The notes under the pieces: model-generated | What the model saw: only the letters and a program-made list of their open reading frames with translations | Told to the model about the DNA's origin: nothing | Database searches by the model: none | Assembly (NCBI GenBank): GCA_964106645.2 | Contig: OZ067038.1 | Direction: 5' to 3' (one strand) | DNA: 64,000 nt | From: Podarcis pityusensis | Lineage: Eukaryota | Position numbers and translations under genes: made by a program | Shown here: one piece after another, positions 21,871 to 35,583 of the stretch | Position numbering within the stretch: the stretch's first letter is position 1 | Layout of the letters: each line of letters begins with the position of its first letter

Positions 21871-23668
21871 CTGTACAAGTATCCAAAGTAAAGAGGCCAT
21901 ACTTGTGTAATTGTGTGTGAAAGATAACTAGATCCAAGCAAGAGTGATGGGATCCCTAACATCACATCATTCCCTGTTCATAATACCACTGCAATTTGCA
22001 GTCACTAAGCTCAGTATTCAAACTACGCTCTTTGCCTTCAGCTTCCTGGTTCTGGTGTTCTTGCAGTCTTAAGCAGATCCTTGAACAATCTGTTCTCTTT
22101 GAAAAATGTATTTTTCTGCCTTGCTATTAGTTGGAAACAGAACGAAGTTTGCATTGACCATTTTTGAGCAATGTTGTATACTATTTTTTAGCTTGTAGTA
22201 AACCAAGTCCTAAAAAATAATGAACGTGACTAGGTTATGTCTAGTGGGTCTAGATTATTATATGGGTCTACTTTTGAGTAGGATGAGTGTTGAATACCAT
22301 CCTTTTAAAGGTTAAAAGGATTTGCATTTTAGATGCTGAATGTGAAAGTGAAAAAGGTTCTGGAACCCCAAAGAAGCTCCAACTATCATTTAGATTCCCA
22401 ATAATTTACATGGTTGGAGAATGTATTCTTGCTAACCAGGATCAGGAAGAGAAATATTGTGTGTGTGCTCCAATGCTGCTTTCACTGAAAAAGTATGGAA
22501 GGAAATTAGGCAACTCTTGCATACTATCTGCATAAGCTATCCCTAGTTTTCCTGTTACTAGTCCCCATGGTCTCTGTACTCCCGAATCTGCAAGAGAAAG
22601 GGGAATTGTCTAAATTGGACCCAATTGTTGATAGAGGAAAGCTATTTCCTATAGGCTTCTTTGTTTCTTTAAATGCATTAGGTGTTCTGAATATCCCCGG
22701 GTCAGAATATATTCTGGTTACATTTAGCAAGATGTAATATAGCAGATGTGACTCTAGTAGTGGGCCTACTGGCAGAGAATGGATGAGTCAGGCAGTTCAG
22801 AATAGCAGCCAGGGAGTGCTTCTTTCAGTGCAGAAATACATGGGTTTCTACGGGCCAATCTGTTTCAGTACATGCAGGTCCTGCTTTCCCACCCTGAAAT
22901 GCCAAAGGAAAAACTTGTGTGTCTGATTGCTCTCCCTCAAATGGCTGCTTCTGACCAGTGAAATGTAAGTGGGCAAACTGCAGCTGTTTAGCTATGTGAA
23001 TCAGCCACATGCGTTGAGAGGTTTTGGCTGAGCAAAGCCCTGTGTGTATACAGTTCCACCAAGATGCAGGTAACTACCTACTTCCCTAACAAATGTTGCC
23101 AGATTTTGGCAGTAAAAACTTGGGAATAGGCTCCATTTACAGCAACTGTGCCTTTTCCCCTGGTGCATTCACCCTTGGCCAGAAGACAGGATACTTCAGT
23201 GTTTTGTGAAAATGCAGGTTCTGTCCTTTTTAAAGGCTTTAAGCCGGTGGGTTATATTTGGTTCTAGACAACTTTCTAGGGGCTAGAGATTTAAATCAGC
23301 ACGCTTTGTCGAGCAGCTCTTTGAAACTTCAAAGGACAGATTGCTGTCTCCACTACAATGTCAAAGTATGCATGTTCAACAATACTGATTTACAATTTCC
23401 TCTATGCTACCTATTAGTTTGCATATCATGTCAAACTGATAAAGGTGTGGATTGTTTAACAGTATGCCTGATTGGAAATTTGAATGATTAGTTTGCCAAA
23501 CTAGGACTTCTGTCCTTCTGTTAACTTCGGAACAGAACCTGTTGTTCCAACTGCAACAAGGATGCATGTGCGGGCTGCAGCCGTTAACAAAAAAAAGCGC
23601 AACATTAAGGAGAAAATGGTTCTTTTGCATTAGGAAAAAGAAACAGGCAAGTTCTTTTTGTCAAATGC

Positions 23669-23674
23669 TTTATT
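23669..23674 (-). promoter_or_regulatory. CLK1: CLK1 poly(A) signal AATAAA
   Basis: tttatt on plus strand about 135 nt past the CLK1 stop. Confidence 0.65.
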
Positions 23675-23809
23675 TCAAGTGGAAGGTTTAACAGATGAAC
23701 AAGACAATATGAAAAGAAATTTACAGATCTAATTACAAAATAAATACATAAAAAGTCTTAGTCGCTTTTTGACTGACACAGTCTATAATCACCTAAGGAA
23801 CTCTGTTGT

Positions 23810-26800
23810 TTATATTTTTTCCTTACATGGGGAAAAGAAAGGATGCTGCAAGGCTTCTGCAAGAGTAATTCTTTTGGCTGGATCATACTCCAACATCCTC
23901 CCGATGAGATCAAATAGGTTTTCATGGTCAGCATCATGACACTGCATGAATTCCTAGGGTAGGAGGGAAAGCAAGTTACCACCCTGACACTACACAAATG
24001 AGGGGTAGGGGAAAGTATTGTATGGTTATGCAGTTAACACCTCTTACCTTCAAGGGTTTACAGCGCCTCGAAACGTATCTTCCAGCAGAACTATGCTCAT
24101 CCCAATCCAACTGGTCATGGTGGAAGTACTTGCGCTTTCTTGTTATGTAAAAAAAAAGAAAGAAAAAAAAGTAGTAATTATGAGTGACAGGCTGCATTTG
24201 GTTGCTTGTGATTTCACATGCAAAAAAGGAAGCATGAGTTTGAGGGACAACATATAAGGGGTGTGGCATTCCTTTTCCTGTAAGCGCCCACAGTATTTAG
24301 AACTCCATTAAAGAACAGGGTTCTTAAAACACATTAAGAGCAGGAACATCTTCCCATGGCAAAAGTTACCCCTTCCAGAAGACATGAGTTGCATGCTCAC
24401 CCTGCTATCCTTGTTCATACCTGGGCTCCTGAACCATCAAAAACCGAAGTGATCCAGTTTTCGAACATTCTTTCGGAAGCCAAACATCCGATGGGGCTTC
24501 CAATTAGCAGCTAATCAGAAGCTGCGATTTGGAAGTCGAACGGGCTTCCAAAACGGATTTTGTTTGGCTTCCGAGGTACGACTAAACTCCTCAAAGTGTA
24601 ACTTGAGTAATCCATTTGACATGTCAACTTCATGTTAGTACCATTTCCCCTATGCAGTCATACCTTGGGTTAAAGTTGCTTCAGGTTGAGTGTTTTCGGG
24701 TTGCGCGCCACGGCGACCCAGAAGTAACAGAACGCATTACTAAATGATGTCATGCGCAGAAGCATTGCGTTCTCTTTGGGATGCAAACGGGGCTCCGGAA
24801 CGGATCCCATTTGCATCCAGAGGTACCACTGTATAATACTTTAGTAGTCCTGGATACTAAAACTAGCAGTGCACTGAGCACAAATACTAGATTGAGCTTA
24901 CCTTGAATTATGTAAGCCATACTTCCTGGTACTATCCTCAAACAAAAAACAAGCAGCCAAGTAGTTCAAATAGTGACTCAGTACCTGATCTACACTGCCA
25001 TTAACAAGCCATTTTATACCCTACACTACCATATTCTTGAATATGCACTCTGACGAGTGAGAGGTGGTCTATAAATATTAAAACAAGTAACTACAACCAG
25101 AGCTGAAAATGACTGTTTCAGTTCCTCTAGAATTATGCAACCAAATGCTACAAGTAAAAACATTCTTCAAATTACAACTGCCTACAGAACAAGGAAGGAC
25201 ATTTCTCAAACCTACTTCCAGGTCAACCTAGTGAATACATTTAAATTTATTATAAGCACTTTGCAGTTATAACTCCTAACCCATGCTTACAACAGGCAGG
25301 CTTTGTATTTGTAGATGAATGGGTTCCCATCAGAAGTCGCTGCATGTTGTTAGAGAGCCTCAAACACAAAGCACTTTCATGCCCAACATGTAGGTTCACA
25401 CACAGGTATATGGTTACATTGTGGAATTTACTCCCACAAAAGGTATCAACTTGGTTGGCTTTAATTTATGTAAGGACTATGTTCTATTGTCCACAGTCAG
25501 AGGCCTCTCTGAACAGCAGGCAGACTATTTTAAAAATTTTCCATTCCGGGGCAATTTGCCATATAGCTTCCCCATAATGTGTTTATGTGCATCAGTGGAA
25601 GTATTGTCCACACCCATGCAACGTAAACATGGACACTGTCACCAGTATAAACCAGCCTAAGTTGCACTAGGTCAATTGTTCTGTCAGGAAAAGCATTTCA
25701 GCTTGCCATATTAAACAAACACTCCCTTTCCTCCCCTTGTTCTCCCGCCCCTGCAGGGGCCACAAGAGAGGAGGGAAAGCCCAATTGTTGAAGCCTAAGT
25801 CATTATATTCCAAAAAGGAGCGTTTGGACTGTATTCATTACAACATTTATTTGTGAAGCGGTTGCTATGACAACAATGAATGACTACAAACTGATCAAGG
25901 GTGTGCTATGGGGCAGGAAATAGAATTTGAACCTTAAATAAAGTTTACCTGGTTTTCTGGACCATATGAATTGGTAGCGGTCCAAGTATCTTTTCCATCA
26001 TTGCCAGGTGCTCCTTACTGTCATGTGTCTGTTAAGAAAGATGGAACATTGCCATATAAGTGTGCTTGAAAAACTCAAAAGGAAAGCTAGAACTATTCAC
26101 AGTATATAAAGCCAACTACTATTGGAGTGTGTTGCCTTCTGGGTTCTCTGGCAGCTGCATACCTTTGAGGAAAGCAAGTTTGTTTTTGCATAATAGTACC
26201 TATATAAGGTAAGGTTAAATAGTATCTAGCATGCTCCTAAACAGTCAGCTCTCCACAGCAGCTGCAACTTAGTAAGGCTCATGAAACTGATCAATGGCAG
26301 TAGGCACCCACTACACAAACTACTGCTATAAAGGGACAAAGCACTGGGCTCTGAAACGGAAGAAACACCCAGCTAAGTCCATGTGAACAAGGAGGGTTTG
26401 TACTATTCCATTCCTCTCAACCCTTTTTGGAATTCAACTAGTCAGTAAATTTGAAATGCGACATCAGAAGAGAGGCTGCCGTCCCATTACAGAACTGAAG
26501 GTCAAATACTTCACAAACACTGGAGTTTATTCTGATTCATCAGGTAACATTAAAAAAAATAAAAAATTTAACACTAAGATTTGTCACTGCTGTCTCTATA
26601 TCCAACATTTCTGCAGTTACGTACCGGAAATACTGTGAATCCAAGGTAATATTCAATAAGAATGCAGCCAATGCTCCAAACATCGCAAGGCTGTGACCAT
26701 CCCAAGGCTGTGGAGAGAGAAAATAAATTATTATGCTTATCTAATAACATAAAATCATGTAGCTTTTTCAAACCTAAGGTGTTACTGATCTGCAACTGAA

Positions 26801-29800
26801 TTGCTTAAAGAGCTCTTCAAACAGGTTCATCATATTTTGTAAATGGGAAAGTCACAAAACAGACTGCCTAAAAAAGAAACCCTAATTCTAATGTAAGTTC
26901 AAGATGAAACCAACATTTGCTACACTTAGAACTACTTAGAATCAGCATTTAGGTTGAAATTCCAAAATGCACAGGGTGCCAAGAAGGTAAACAGAAACTG
27001 ATATTAGCAACTCCTAAAGCAGCCTTACTAAGCATGGTCTAAAAATGACTCACAAAAGTACTGTAAGAAAAGTAATTTTCTAGACTACTTTTCTACTCAC
27101 CCAAAATAACTTCAGGAGCTCTGTAATGCCTTGTAGACACGAGAGTACTATGATGTTCATAGTCGTATGTTGCACTTCCAAAATCCACAACTTTTATATC
27201 TGGATTTTTCAGTGTACGTTCATCACGTTTCTGAAATAATACCATAATTACTAAGCATACATCCAAAAGAGATCAATGGTGAGAGGAGCTTTTTAATTTA
27301 AGAAATGAGAGATTTACCAGTTTGGGATTGTATGCTTCTGTGTAGTCAGACTTCACAAACAGTATGTTTTCAGGCTTCAGATCTGTATGGGTTAGCTTGT
27401 TTGAATGCAAAACTGTAAAGAGAAGTCAGGAAATTATTACAAGAGATGTTAAACAGAACACTGCTCCTACATATACTGTGCATTGTGCTTTTTCTTTTAA
27501 CTACTAACTGCTTCGAGTCTTAAGAGACATTTTAGAAACAGAAATAAAGTGCTATGTGTACTTACAGTTTACAGATTTGCAAATCTGGTAAGCCATTCGT
27601 CTTATGTGGTCAAGACTGAATGGCAGAAAACTGTTTTCTTTAATGAAGTCATATGTACTGAGTCCCAGCAGTTCAAACACAATGCAAACATGGCCATGAT
27701 GTTCAAACCATTCCAACATCTGGACACAGCGACTGTAAATACAATAATAATGTCATTCACAAGATGCTACAAAATAGTCAGGATAATACTCAATGTTAGT
27801 TATACTAACAGTAGACCCACTTAAAGCCAATTTATCTTAATAGGTGTAACTCAAAATTCAGCTTAGCTAGAGATGATCCAGGGTTCTCAACTTAAACAAA
27901 CTTAAAATTTAACATAAACAAAAAAATTGTATTCAGTACACCAATGAAAGCCCCCATTATTTTCTTCTGAAAAGGAATCACACAAATAAACACAGCATGC
28001 AAGCATTTGTAAAAACTTCACATTCTTATAATATACTTACAATATGTTGTTAGGATCGGATTTATTTATGTGCTCCAGTACTTTTATTTCTGAACGAGCT
28101 GCTTCTGTGTATCTATCAACATTTTTGACTATTTTTACTGCTACATGTCTGCTTCCCCTAAAAAAAAAGTTTTGAAAAGTCACAAGACTACTCCATGGCA
28201 TAAAGCAAAGTTTAAACAAGTTTTGTTCAGTTAAATAACTATTCATATCAACACTTAAATTATTTCTAGCATATTATTTTGGTGGAAATGCATATTATTT
28301 TGATGGAAAATGACAAGCTGAATGAACAATGCTATCAGGGAAATGATAACCACAAAAAGCTGGTGTATCCATTTTAATATCACTCTAATAGCACCATGGT
28401 GCCTTACACAGCAACAAACAAAAAGATCCCCTTTCTGAGGAGCTTACAACTTAGATTTAGGCAATGAAAAGACAGAAGAATTGAGACCAGATGGGAAAGG
28501 GAGATGAGCATGTGTAAGTGCCATCATAAGTACCTAGGTTTCTTTGTTTCATCTGGAGGGAAAGAACTAAGGGGTTATGGAAAAAGCTTCATGGAAGGTG
28601 GGTTCTCTAGAAGGATCTGAGAAAGATGTGCCACCATTTAGGTGTCAGGCTCTTACAAAAAAAAGTTAAACTTACGCTTTGTTATCAATGCACTCCACGA
28701 CTTTCCCAAAAGCACCTTCACCCAGAACACTGACAATTTCATCTAAAAACAGAGGGGAGAAATTAGTTATACAAACAGTGGTGTATTGTCATTATGCAAA
28801 ATACCATGCTATGTTCTAGGCAGTGCCGCTATGTTAAAAAAGTGTAACTAGACATCTTTAAAATATTTAATTGGACAACTCTTCAAGACAGTTATGTCTA
28901 TCTCATTCTAAATTAACTTGCTCACTATATAAGAAGTTCCAATTAAAATTTAACTTCTATATAAAAATAATCTCCCCCCCCAAAGAAAAAAACAAAACAC
29001 AGAACAAAAAACCAAAGAAAGGAAAGGACTTCCAAAGACTCCTGGCTTCTTATCTAAAAGAAATTATTCTATCTGAAAAGTGTATAAGTTTTGAAAAATA
29101 TTCTATACATCTTGCACTTAGTACGTCTCCACTCTGACAGATCAGGTGACCCTCCTCATCATCCTCTACACTCCTCGATCTTTTCCTTCGGTGACTCCTC
29201 TGGTAACGGCAAGTGCGCGGCACCAAGATCATCCAGCCAATCAATAAACCCGAGTGAATTCAGGGCAGAATACGAAATTCATTCAGCAGGGAGATATTCA
29301 GGCATTCAGATACGCGCCAGGCCACAAACGGTTGGCAGGAACAATTTCAAATTCCCCAGAATTTCACAGGGCACATAGTTTAGGGTTACAGGAGAAAAAC
29401 ATGGCAAGGAACAGATTTTCAGATAAGGTACTTCAAGTGGCAAGGCAATAACACACAATATAAACGCTTTTAAAAATATGGTTCACTAGAAAAACTATAT
29501 ATTTTAAGATTTGCAAATAAAATGTCTTCTGTTTAATGCTGTAACATAACAAGCACTGGAATTTATACTGCATAATGTGCAGCCTTTTACTGGTAAATAA
29601 GGAGTGTCAACAAAACGTAAAGCGTTTAAAGTACATATTGTACAGTACACATAATTTGTTATAGGTGTTCTGTGAGTAATGTCAAAAATCACAAAACCTA
29701 CTTAATTGCACACAGCCACCACTTCAGTTGAGGAGATATGTGGATTACACATATCCATCCTGAGCATTACACAGCACCCACTGCTATCCTTGTAGACTTC

Positions 29801-31173
29801 TCCCTCCCTCAGCCAATTATCAGCACCACTTCTGGCAGAACTGATCCACTACTGGATGGTTGTGAGTGGGGAAGAGAAATGTGTGGACCAAGTCTATCAG
29901 CTGATAACCCAACAGTACTAGCTGTACTAAACATGCAACTCCCATCCTTGGAGCACCTATGTGCTAGCTTGGTAAGACAGATCGGTGCAAAGAAACTTGT
30001 TTCCCTCCACCATCAACCTTCCTGATTTGGGATCATGGTCTTGTCTGGCTGTTCCAAAAAGGTTATGAGAGATTACATTAATCTAATAAATAGTGTTTAA
30101 CATTTAACACAAGTACATCAGTCTCAGTTTACAAGGCATTTATTCCACTTTCATTTTTGTACTGTCCAATAAGACATTCAGAATGTAACTTGAAGCCACT
30201 AGTTCCACTGATTTTGCCTAACAGGGGAAACAATATTCATGGTGCATCTTAGCCATACTTCCAACAAATGCCTAGTTCAGGTATTCAAACAGAAAAGTGG
30301 AATACTGCCTGATAAACAAGCAATAGTAATAAAACTAGAAAATATTTGTCTACATGTTACAGAACTTTACCATTTCAGGAACGTAAGATCTAGCAGAAAA
30401 AGCGTACTTCTATGCTAAAATACATCTTCAACTCGCTTCATTTGTGTGATTATTCAAGTATTCAAGGTGCTCTAAATTATACATACCGCGTGTGAATGAT
30501 GTGATTTACTATGATGAGTCTTGTGTTTTCTTTTGTAACTGCTTCCACCGCTATGCCCCGATGACTTGCTACTGTGGTTGTGATAACCATTTTCATGGTC
30601 TCTGCAATGGTGCCTGGTTTCAGACAGTTGACTGTAGTTGTATCTGTATTCTTCCACATAACGGCGTTCATGATTATCTCTTTCATGGAAGGAGCTGGCA
30701 TCTGAATAAAGGCTTGGAGAGAAACAAACAAAAGAATATAATGTGGAACATTAAACTACCAGTTCTCATGCATGCAAGTTATGTCTGTTTAAGTGTATTT
30801 CAAATTCAGACTGACATTTAAGGTATTCATTGGAAATTTAAAGACAGAAACTGGATGGCCATCTGTCATGGATGCTTTAGTTGAGATTTCTGCATTGCAG
30901 GGGGATGGCCTAGATGACCCTCCAGGTCCCTTCCAACTCAACAATACTATGATACATATTGATAACTTTAATAAGATACAGACTTGCCATATGGGGTGGG
31001 GGTGAACTAACTCACCTATCATAAGTTTGGGTTTGAGTATATCTGCAGCGCTTTTTCTCATGCGTACTGCTGTATGATTCTCTTCTTCTCTTATGATGGC
31101 TGCTGCCTTTTTTAGGATCCAAACATTGTTTTTCTTCCCAATCAGAATAGTGTGTTTGCTTTGAATACCGCAT
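23810..31173 (-). CDS. CLK1: CDC-like kinase 1, 482 aa; join (minus) 31173-31016,30712-30487,29199-29109,28742-28676,28157-28041,27732-27566,27412-27318,27230-27101,26707-26625,26028-25949,24138-24048,23953-23810
   Basis: RS/His-rich N-terminus, GEGAFG loop, [35 protein letters not shown]; 91-nt exon 4; total 1449 nt; position between BZW1 and PPIL3 favours CLK1 over CLK4. Confidence 0.96.
24655..24831. mobile_element. Tc1/mariner (Tigger-like) MITE, family C
   Basis: Ends cagtcatacct...aggtaccactg; homologous to 42026-42262. Confidence 0.7.
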
Positions 31174-32821
31174 CTGTAAATACATACATTTATGAGACAA
31201 AAAGTCAACAGTAACTTTTACTGTATACACCAGTTTTAGAACTATTTCCAGTAAATCTCTCTCTTCCTATCAGTCTATTAAGCAGTGCAATGAGATCAAA
31301 CTTCAATATACAATTTAAATGGCTTCAATTCTACCACAGACAAATGAGAATTTTTTTATTGGGGCCCTACACTTTGAAGCACAGAAATGCCTCAGACTCA
31401 TATTAACAGTAATTATTTGAATAGGACCAATCCATATTCACAATGCAGTGTAAGCTTTTGAACTACAGAAATGTTGCATTAAAAAAAAATTAACATATAA
31501 ACAGAAAAGAACAAAAACTGATCAGAAGTACTGCCACCAAGTTACTATGCAAGCTTGCATATTTTTTTTTAACCACTGGTTGCACCTAATAAAGCATTTT
31601 ACCTATCATGTAATTTCTTTGTCTGCTCATTTTTAACCCACATTTGCTTTAATTCTCAATGTATGTGCGAGTTCAGTACATTTTAGCAACACATTACTCT
31701 TAATGATTATACTCAAAACTGCTGCCACCTAAAACACATCAACGAGACTAAATACTACCAACTACTACCAACGGCTTATGCAACTGACTAGCAGGGATTT
31801 CCAAAATACCGCAGTGACAGCAATCCCCATTCATGCACTGCAATATGAAGCCTAACATGGAAAAGAAAAAGCACTAATACTAATGGAAAAGCACAGCACT
31901 TTACACCCCACAGTACAGATCAAGTGCCGAAAATCGAAACCCCCTGAAATGCCCCAGCGCGAGAAGTCTTACCTTCCAGAGCCAGCACACCCTAAGAGTC
32001 TACCATACCAAGCAAGGCAGAGTGCTTTTAAGCTATCCACCTTGCTTTGCTGGGCTCTGAAAGTCTCCCGGCAAGATCTTGGGAGGTCATCTGAGATCTC
32101 AGGATAGCCGCCCAGTAAGCAAGGAGAAGAGCTTAAAAGCTCTTTTTGCTTTATGGTTAGTTTTTAAGCATGCCACCTTCTGTGCATTTAATTTCTGCAA
32201 TTTCAACTGGCCAGCCAACAACCACATAAAAGTTGAAATTGTACAAGTTAAATGTGCCTCAGATATGAGTTACCTATATAGCCAGTGGCAAAATGTGCCC
32301 ACAAATTTGGGAAACTTGTATGCCAATACAGTATTACTATGCTAATAGAATTATATATTACTGGGCATTAACACCATAGGATTTCAACTTTTTAAAACCA
32401 GTCATTCCCTTTTGTATACAAACTATATTAGCAACCCAACTGAAACTGACATAATCAACCACAATCACACAAAAACAAAAGGAACAAGTGACTGACACTG
32501 CATAGTTCAGCTACGCAATACCTAGATCCTGAATACACTTCACAGTGTTTTGACTGTATTTTAGTAAATGTTCTTTGACGTGAAGTGAGAAACAAGCCTC
32601 CTTGGAGACGGCATAACCTAGCTGGGGCGCCACCAATTGCCAGCCCCCACATCTCTGATGGAGGGGAACACAGAAGGAACTCAGATGAAGAAGACCTGAG
32701 CGTCCAGACAGGCACATATTCAGATGGGTAATGCCTACTGGTTTGCCTCCTCTTTTTCTCTCTTGTGGCCCACTTCTTTCTCAATTGTTTTGAATTCGCT
32801 CCTTTTATTTATATACCTATA

Positions 32822-33047
32822 CAGTGGTACCTTGGGTTAAGTACTTAATTCGTTCCGGAGGTCCATTCTTAACCTGAAACTGTTCTTAACCTGAAGCACC
32901 ACTTTAGCTAATGGGGCCTCCCGCTGCTGCCGCGCCACTGGAGCAAGATTTCTGTTCTCATCCTGAAGCAAAGTTCTTAACCTGAAGCACTATTTCTGGG
33001 TTAGCGGAGTCTGTAACCTGGAGCGTATGTAACCCGAGGTACCACTG
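32822..33047. mobile_element. Tc1/mariner (Tigger-like) MITE, family B
   Basis: TIR cagtggtacct..aggtaccactg, TA flanks; near-identical to 35824-36052. Confidence 0.85.
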
Positions 33048-33599
33048 TACCTATAGATCTCTGGGCAGCTCCTTTCTTTCTCTTCACGTCCCACCCAACG
33101 AAACGAGCTCAATCGGGAATTACAACTGGGAGGTATTAAGAACAAGGCCTTTTCTGGTGGCGACACTGCAGCTCAGGCACCCTCTTCCCATGGGGCAGCA
33201 ACAGCACCACAGGCTTTTCTTCTCTTTCCTGCTTTTAGCCAGGCTATGCAAACTTCCTTCTCCTTATCAACAAGCAGCCCCTTTTTTGCTACTTTAACCA
33301 CCGCCCTTAGTTTTGGCAAGGCCAATACTCAGGGTTTGTTTACAGAGTACGGTTTTGGGGGGGGGGATGGGCAAACAGGAACTGAACAAGCAGAGAGAAA
33401 AAAGGGGACTTCGCGCTTGTGATTTTCCACAACCGGATTTATTCTCTGGAAGAACCCATCTCGTAATTTTCGTGATTCCATTTGTTACTGCGGAAGGCAT
33501 TTTTCGGCTATAGACCGCCCCTGGGTTGCCAGGTCATGTTGATGATGTTGTTTGTCGTCGTTTTTACAACAACCCCCATAATAGATATCCCTTCACTCC

Positions 33600-34380
33600 T
33601 GTGCTAAAACCACAACGCTTATTACTACGACGCCGGTGACGCACTGGGAAGTTATGTCGCTCGTGTTTACCCTGCCTCGGATCTCGGAGAAATCGGGGGA
33701 GACGACACAAAAAGCAGGTGGTTCTGCCCCCAACATGTGTGAGCCGAGGAAGCGCCAAAAAAAGCGGATTAATTTCACAAGAGGAGCTCGGACGGTTAGA
33801 AAGGGACGCGACGTGCCTCTCGCGTAGGTGACGCCAAACCGAAGGCCTCGAAGCCATTTTAAGCTCGCCTTCCCGGAGGAGAACATGGCGGGAAGGGCTC
33901 GGCTTTGGAGGGAGGGAAACCATTCTCGACCAGCCAAGCCAAGCCCATCCCGGTGCGTTTCCCCCTGAGGGAAAAAAAATCGTGAGGTAAAAATAGGGAG
34001 AGGCTCCCCCTTCCCCCCTCGAATCCTTCCCCTCACGCGCCATTACTACCGGCCGTTTCGTGGCGCCGAGCCTTTCGCCGACCCACACCCGACACTTACG
34101 GCTCTCCTTTTCGGAGTCGACTCCGCTTCTCAAAAGGCGCCTCCGGACACGACGAGCCTTCCCGTCTCTCCTCCTCTCCGGCCTCAGCAACCGCCGCTGG
34201 GGGAAAAAAACAACAACCGTCCGCCTCGACAAAATGGCGCCGGCTGCGAGGAACCTTCTGGAAGTGGGAAGGTCGTCACAATGGCTGCGCGTGCGCGGCT
34301 GCGTCACGGGCCTCGCTGCCCAGGGGTTCGGATTGGATGGAATAAGCCCCGCCCACCTGTTTCGCTGGTCTGTGTGCTAA
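33600..34380 (-). promoter_or_regulatory. CLK1: CLK1 CpG-island promoter and non-coding exon 1 (about 34240 to 34100)
   Basis: CpG-rich; YY1-type motif aaaatggcg at 34231-34239; donor cc|gtaagt after 34100 on the minus strand; the AUG is the first codon of exon 2. Confidence 0.75.
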
Positions 34381-35583
34381 TCCTGATTGTGTTATTCTAT
34401 TCCTTGGCCCCAGGAGGCAACTCCTAGCAGAAGTCCCTTCGCCCCCACAATAAAATATTTTGAGTCTCTCCCCCCCCCCCCACGCCAAAAAAAGTTAATG
34501 GCCATAAGGCCCTAGGGTTGCCATATTTCAAAAAGTGAAAATCCAGACACAAAAGCTTAACTTTTTTGGAGCAAGTTGTTTAGCTGCTTTTGCAAAATCT
34601 TTTATTTTGCAGTGCTTTTTTCTGGGGGGACACGGGTACATATACCCCTAAAGATTTTGTGAATTTTTGTACCGTTGTCCATTCACTGTATTTATTTCCC
34701 CCCGATTTGAGCTACAAAATGGTGATTTTCTTGAGTCAAAATGAAAGCCCGTACCCCTAAACATTTTTTTTTAGAAAAAAAGCACTGAGTGTCAGCTATT
34801 TTTATGGATAATTGCCCAACAAGGGTTGCCGTATATCCAAATTTTGCTGGGCATTTTTTAGGCAAACCTAGATGTGGGGCAGGTTGCAGTTTTGAGAGAG
34901 ATATAGAGATATTTAATCTTGCCACTTTCAATAAATAGAGAGAGAGAGAAGAGAAAGAGGCAAGATTAGATGGGGACACAAAAACCATTACAAAAATAAT
35001 CATGATCCCTGCACCTGCTCAGTTCATGGGCCCATTTGGAAAAGTTGTGTTTTGCTTCGCAAGAGGGCAATGTCAATGTGGAGCAAGGAGGCTTCTTCTA
35101 TGGGCTGCATTTTGGCTGGGTGTGAGGGAGTCCTGGAGGGTGGGAAATTAAACTACAAGCTGGCCACTGAGGTGTGTAGATGAGGCCTAAGTGTGTGGAT
35201 GAGGCCTGCCATAAGGTTGTGGGACTATTACACCATTTGTCCCAATTGTTCAACCAACCCGGCCTTGAAGACAAGAGTCTGCATACAAAGCATTTTGAAA
35301 GAACAGCTGGTATAATCCAGATGGAATTTAACAGGAAAAAATGAGTTGAGATATATATATATATATATATATATGCATTTATTTATTTATTTTAAAAACA
35401 TTAGCCCAGATTTGTTAAATGTGTACAATTTCACACATCAAACGGTGGCCTTTCCCCCTCATGAACTGCTGAAATTTGAACAGCTTAGGAAGTCCGTAAT
35501 TCCAAGAGAAGGCACGAGCCCGTGTGTCTTCAAAGACCCACCAGCAGTTTTTCAAGCCAGGAATCTGCATGGGCGCTTTGCAG

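Noticed and set aside
33564-34380. 247-aa and 147-aa minus-strand ORFs
   Set aside because: They run through the CLK1 promoter, exon 1 and intron 1; explained by the CpG island, no homology recognised.
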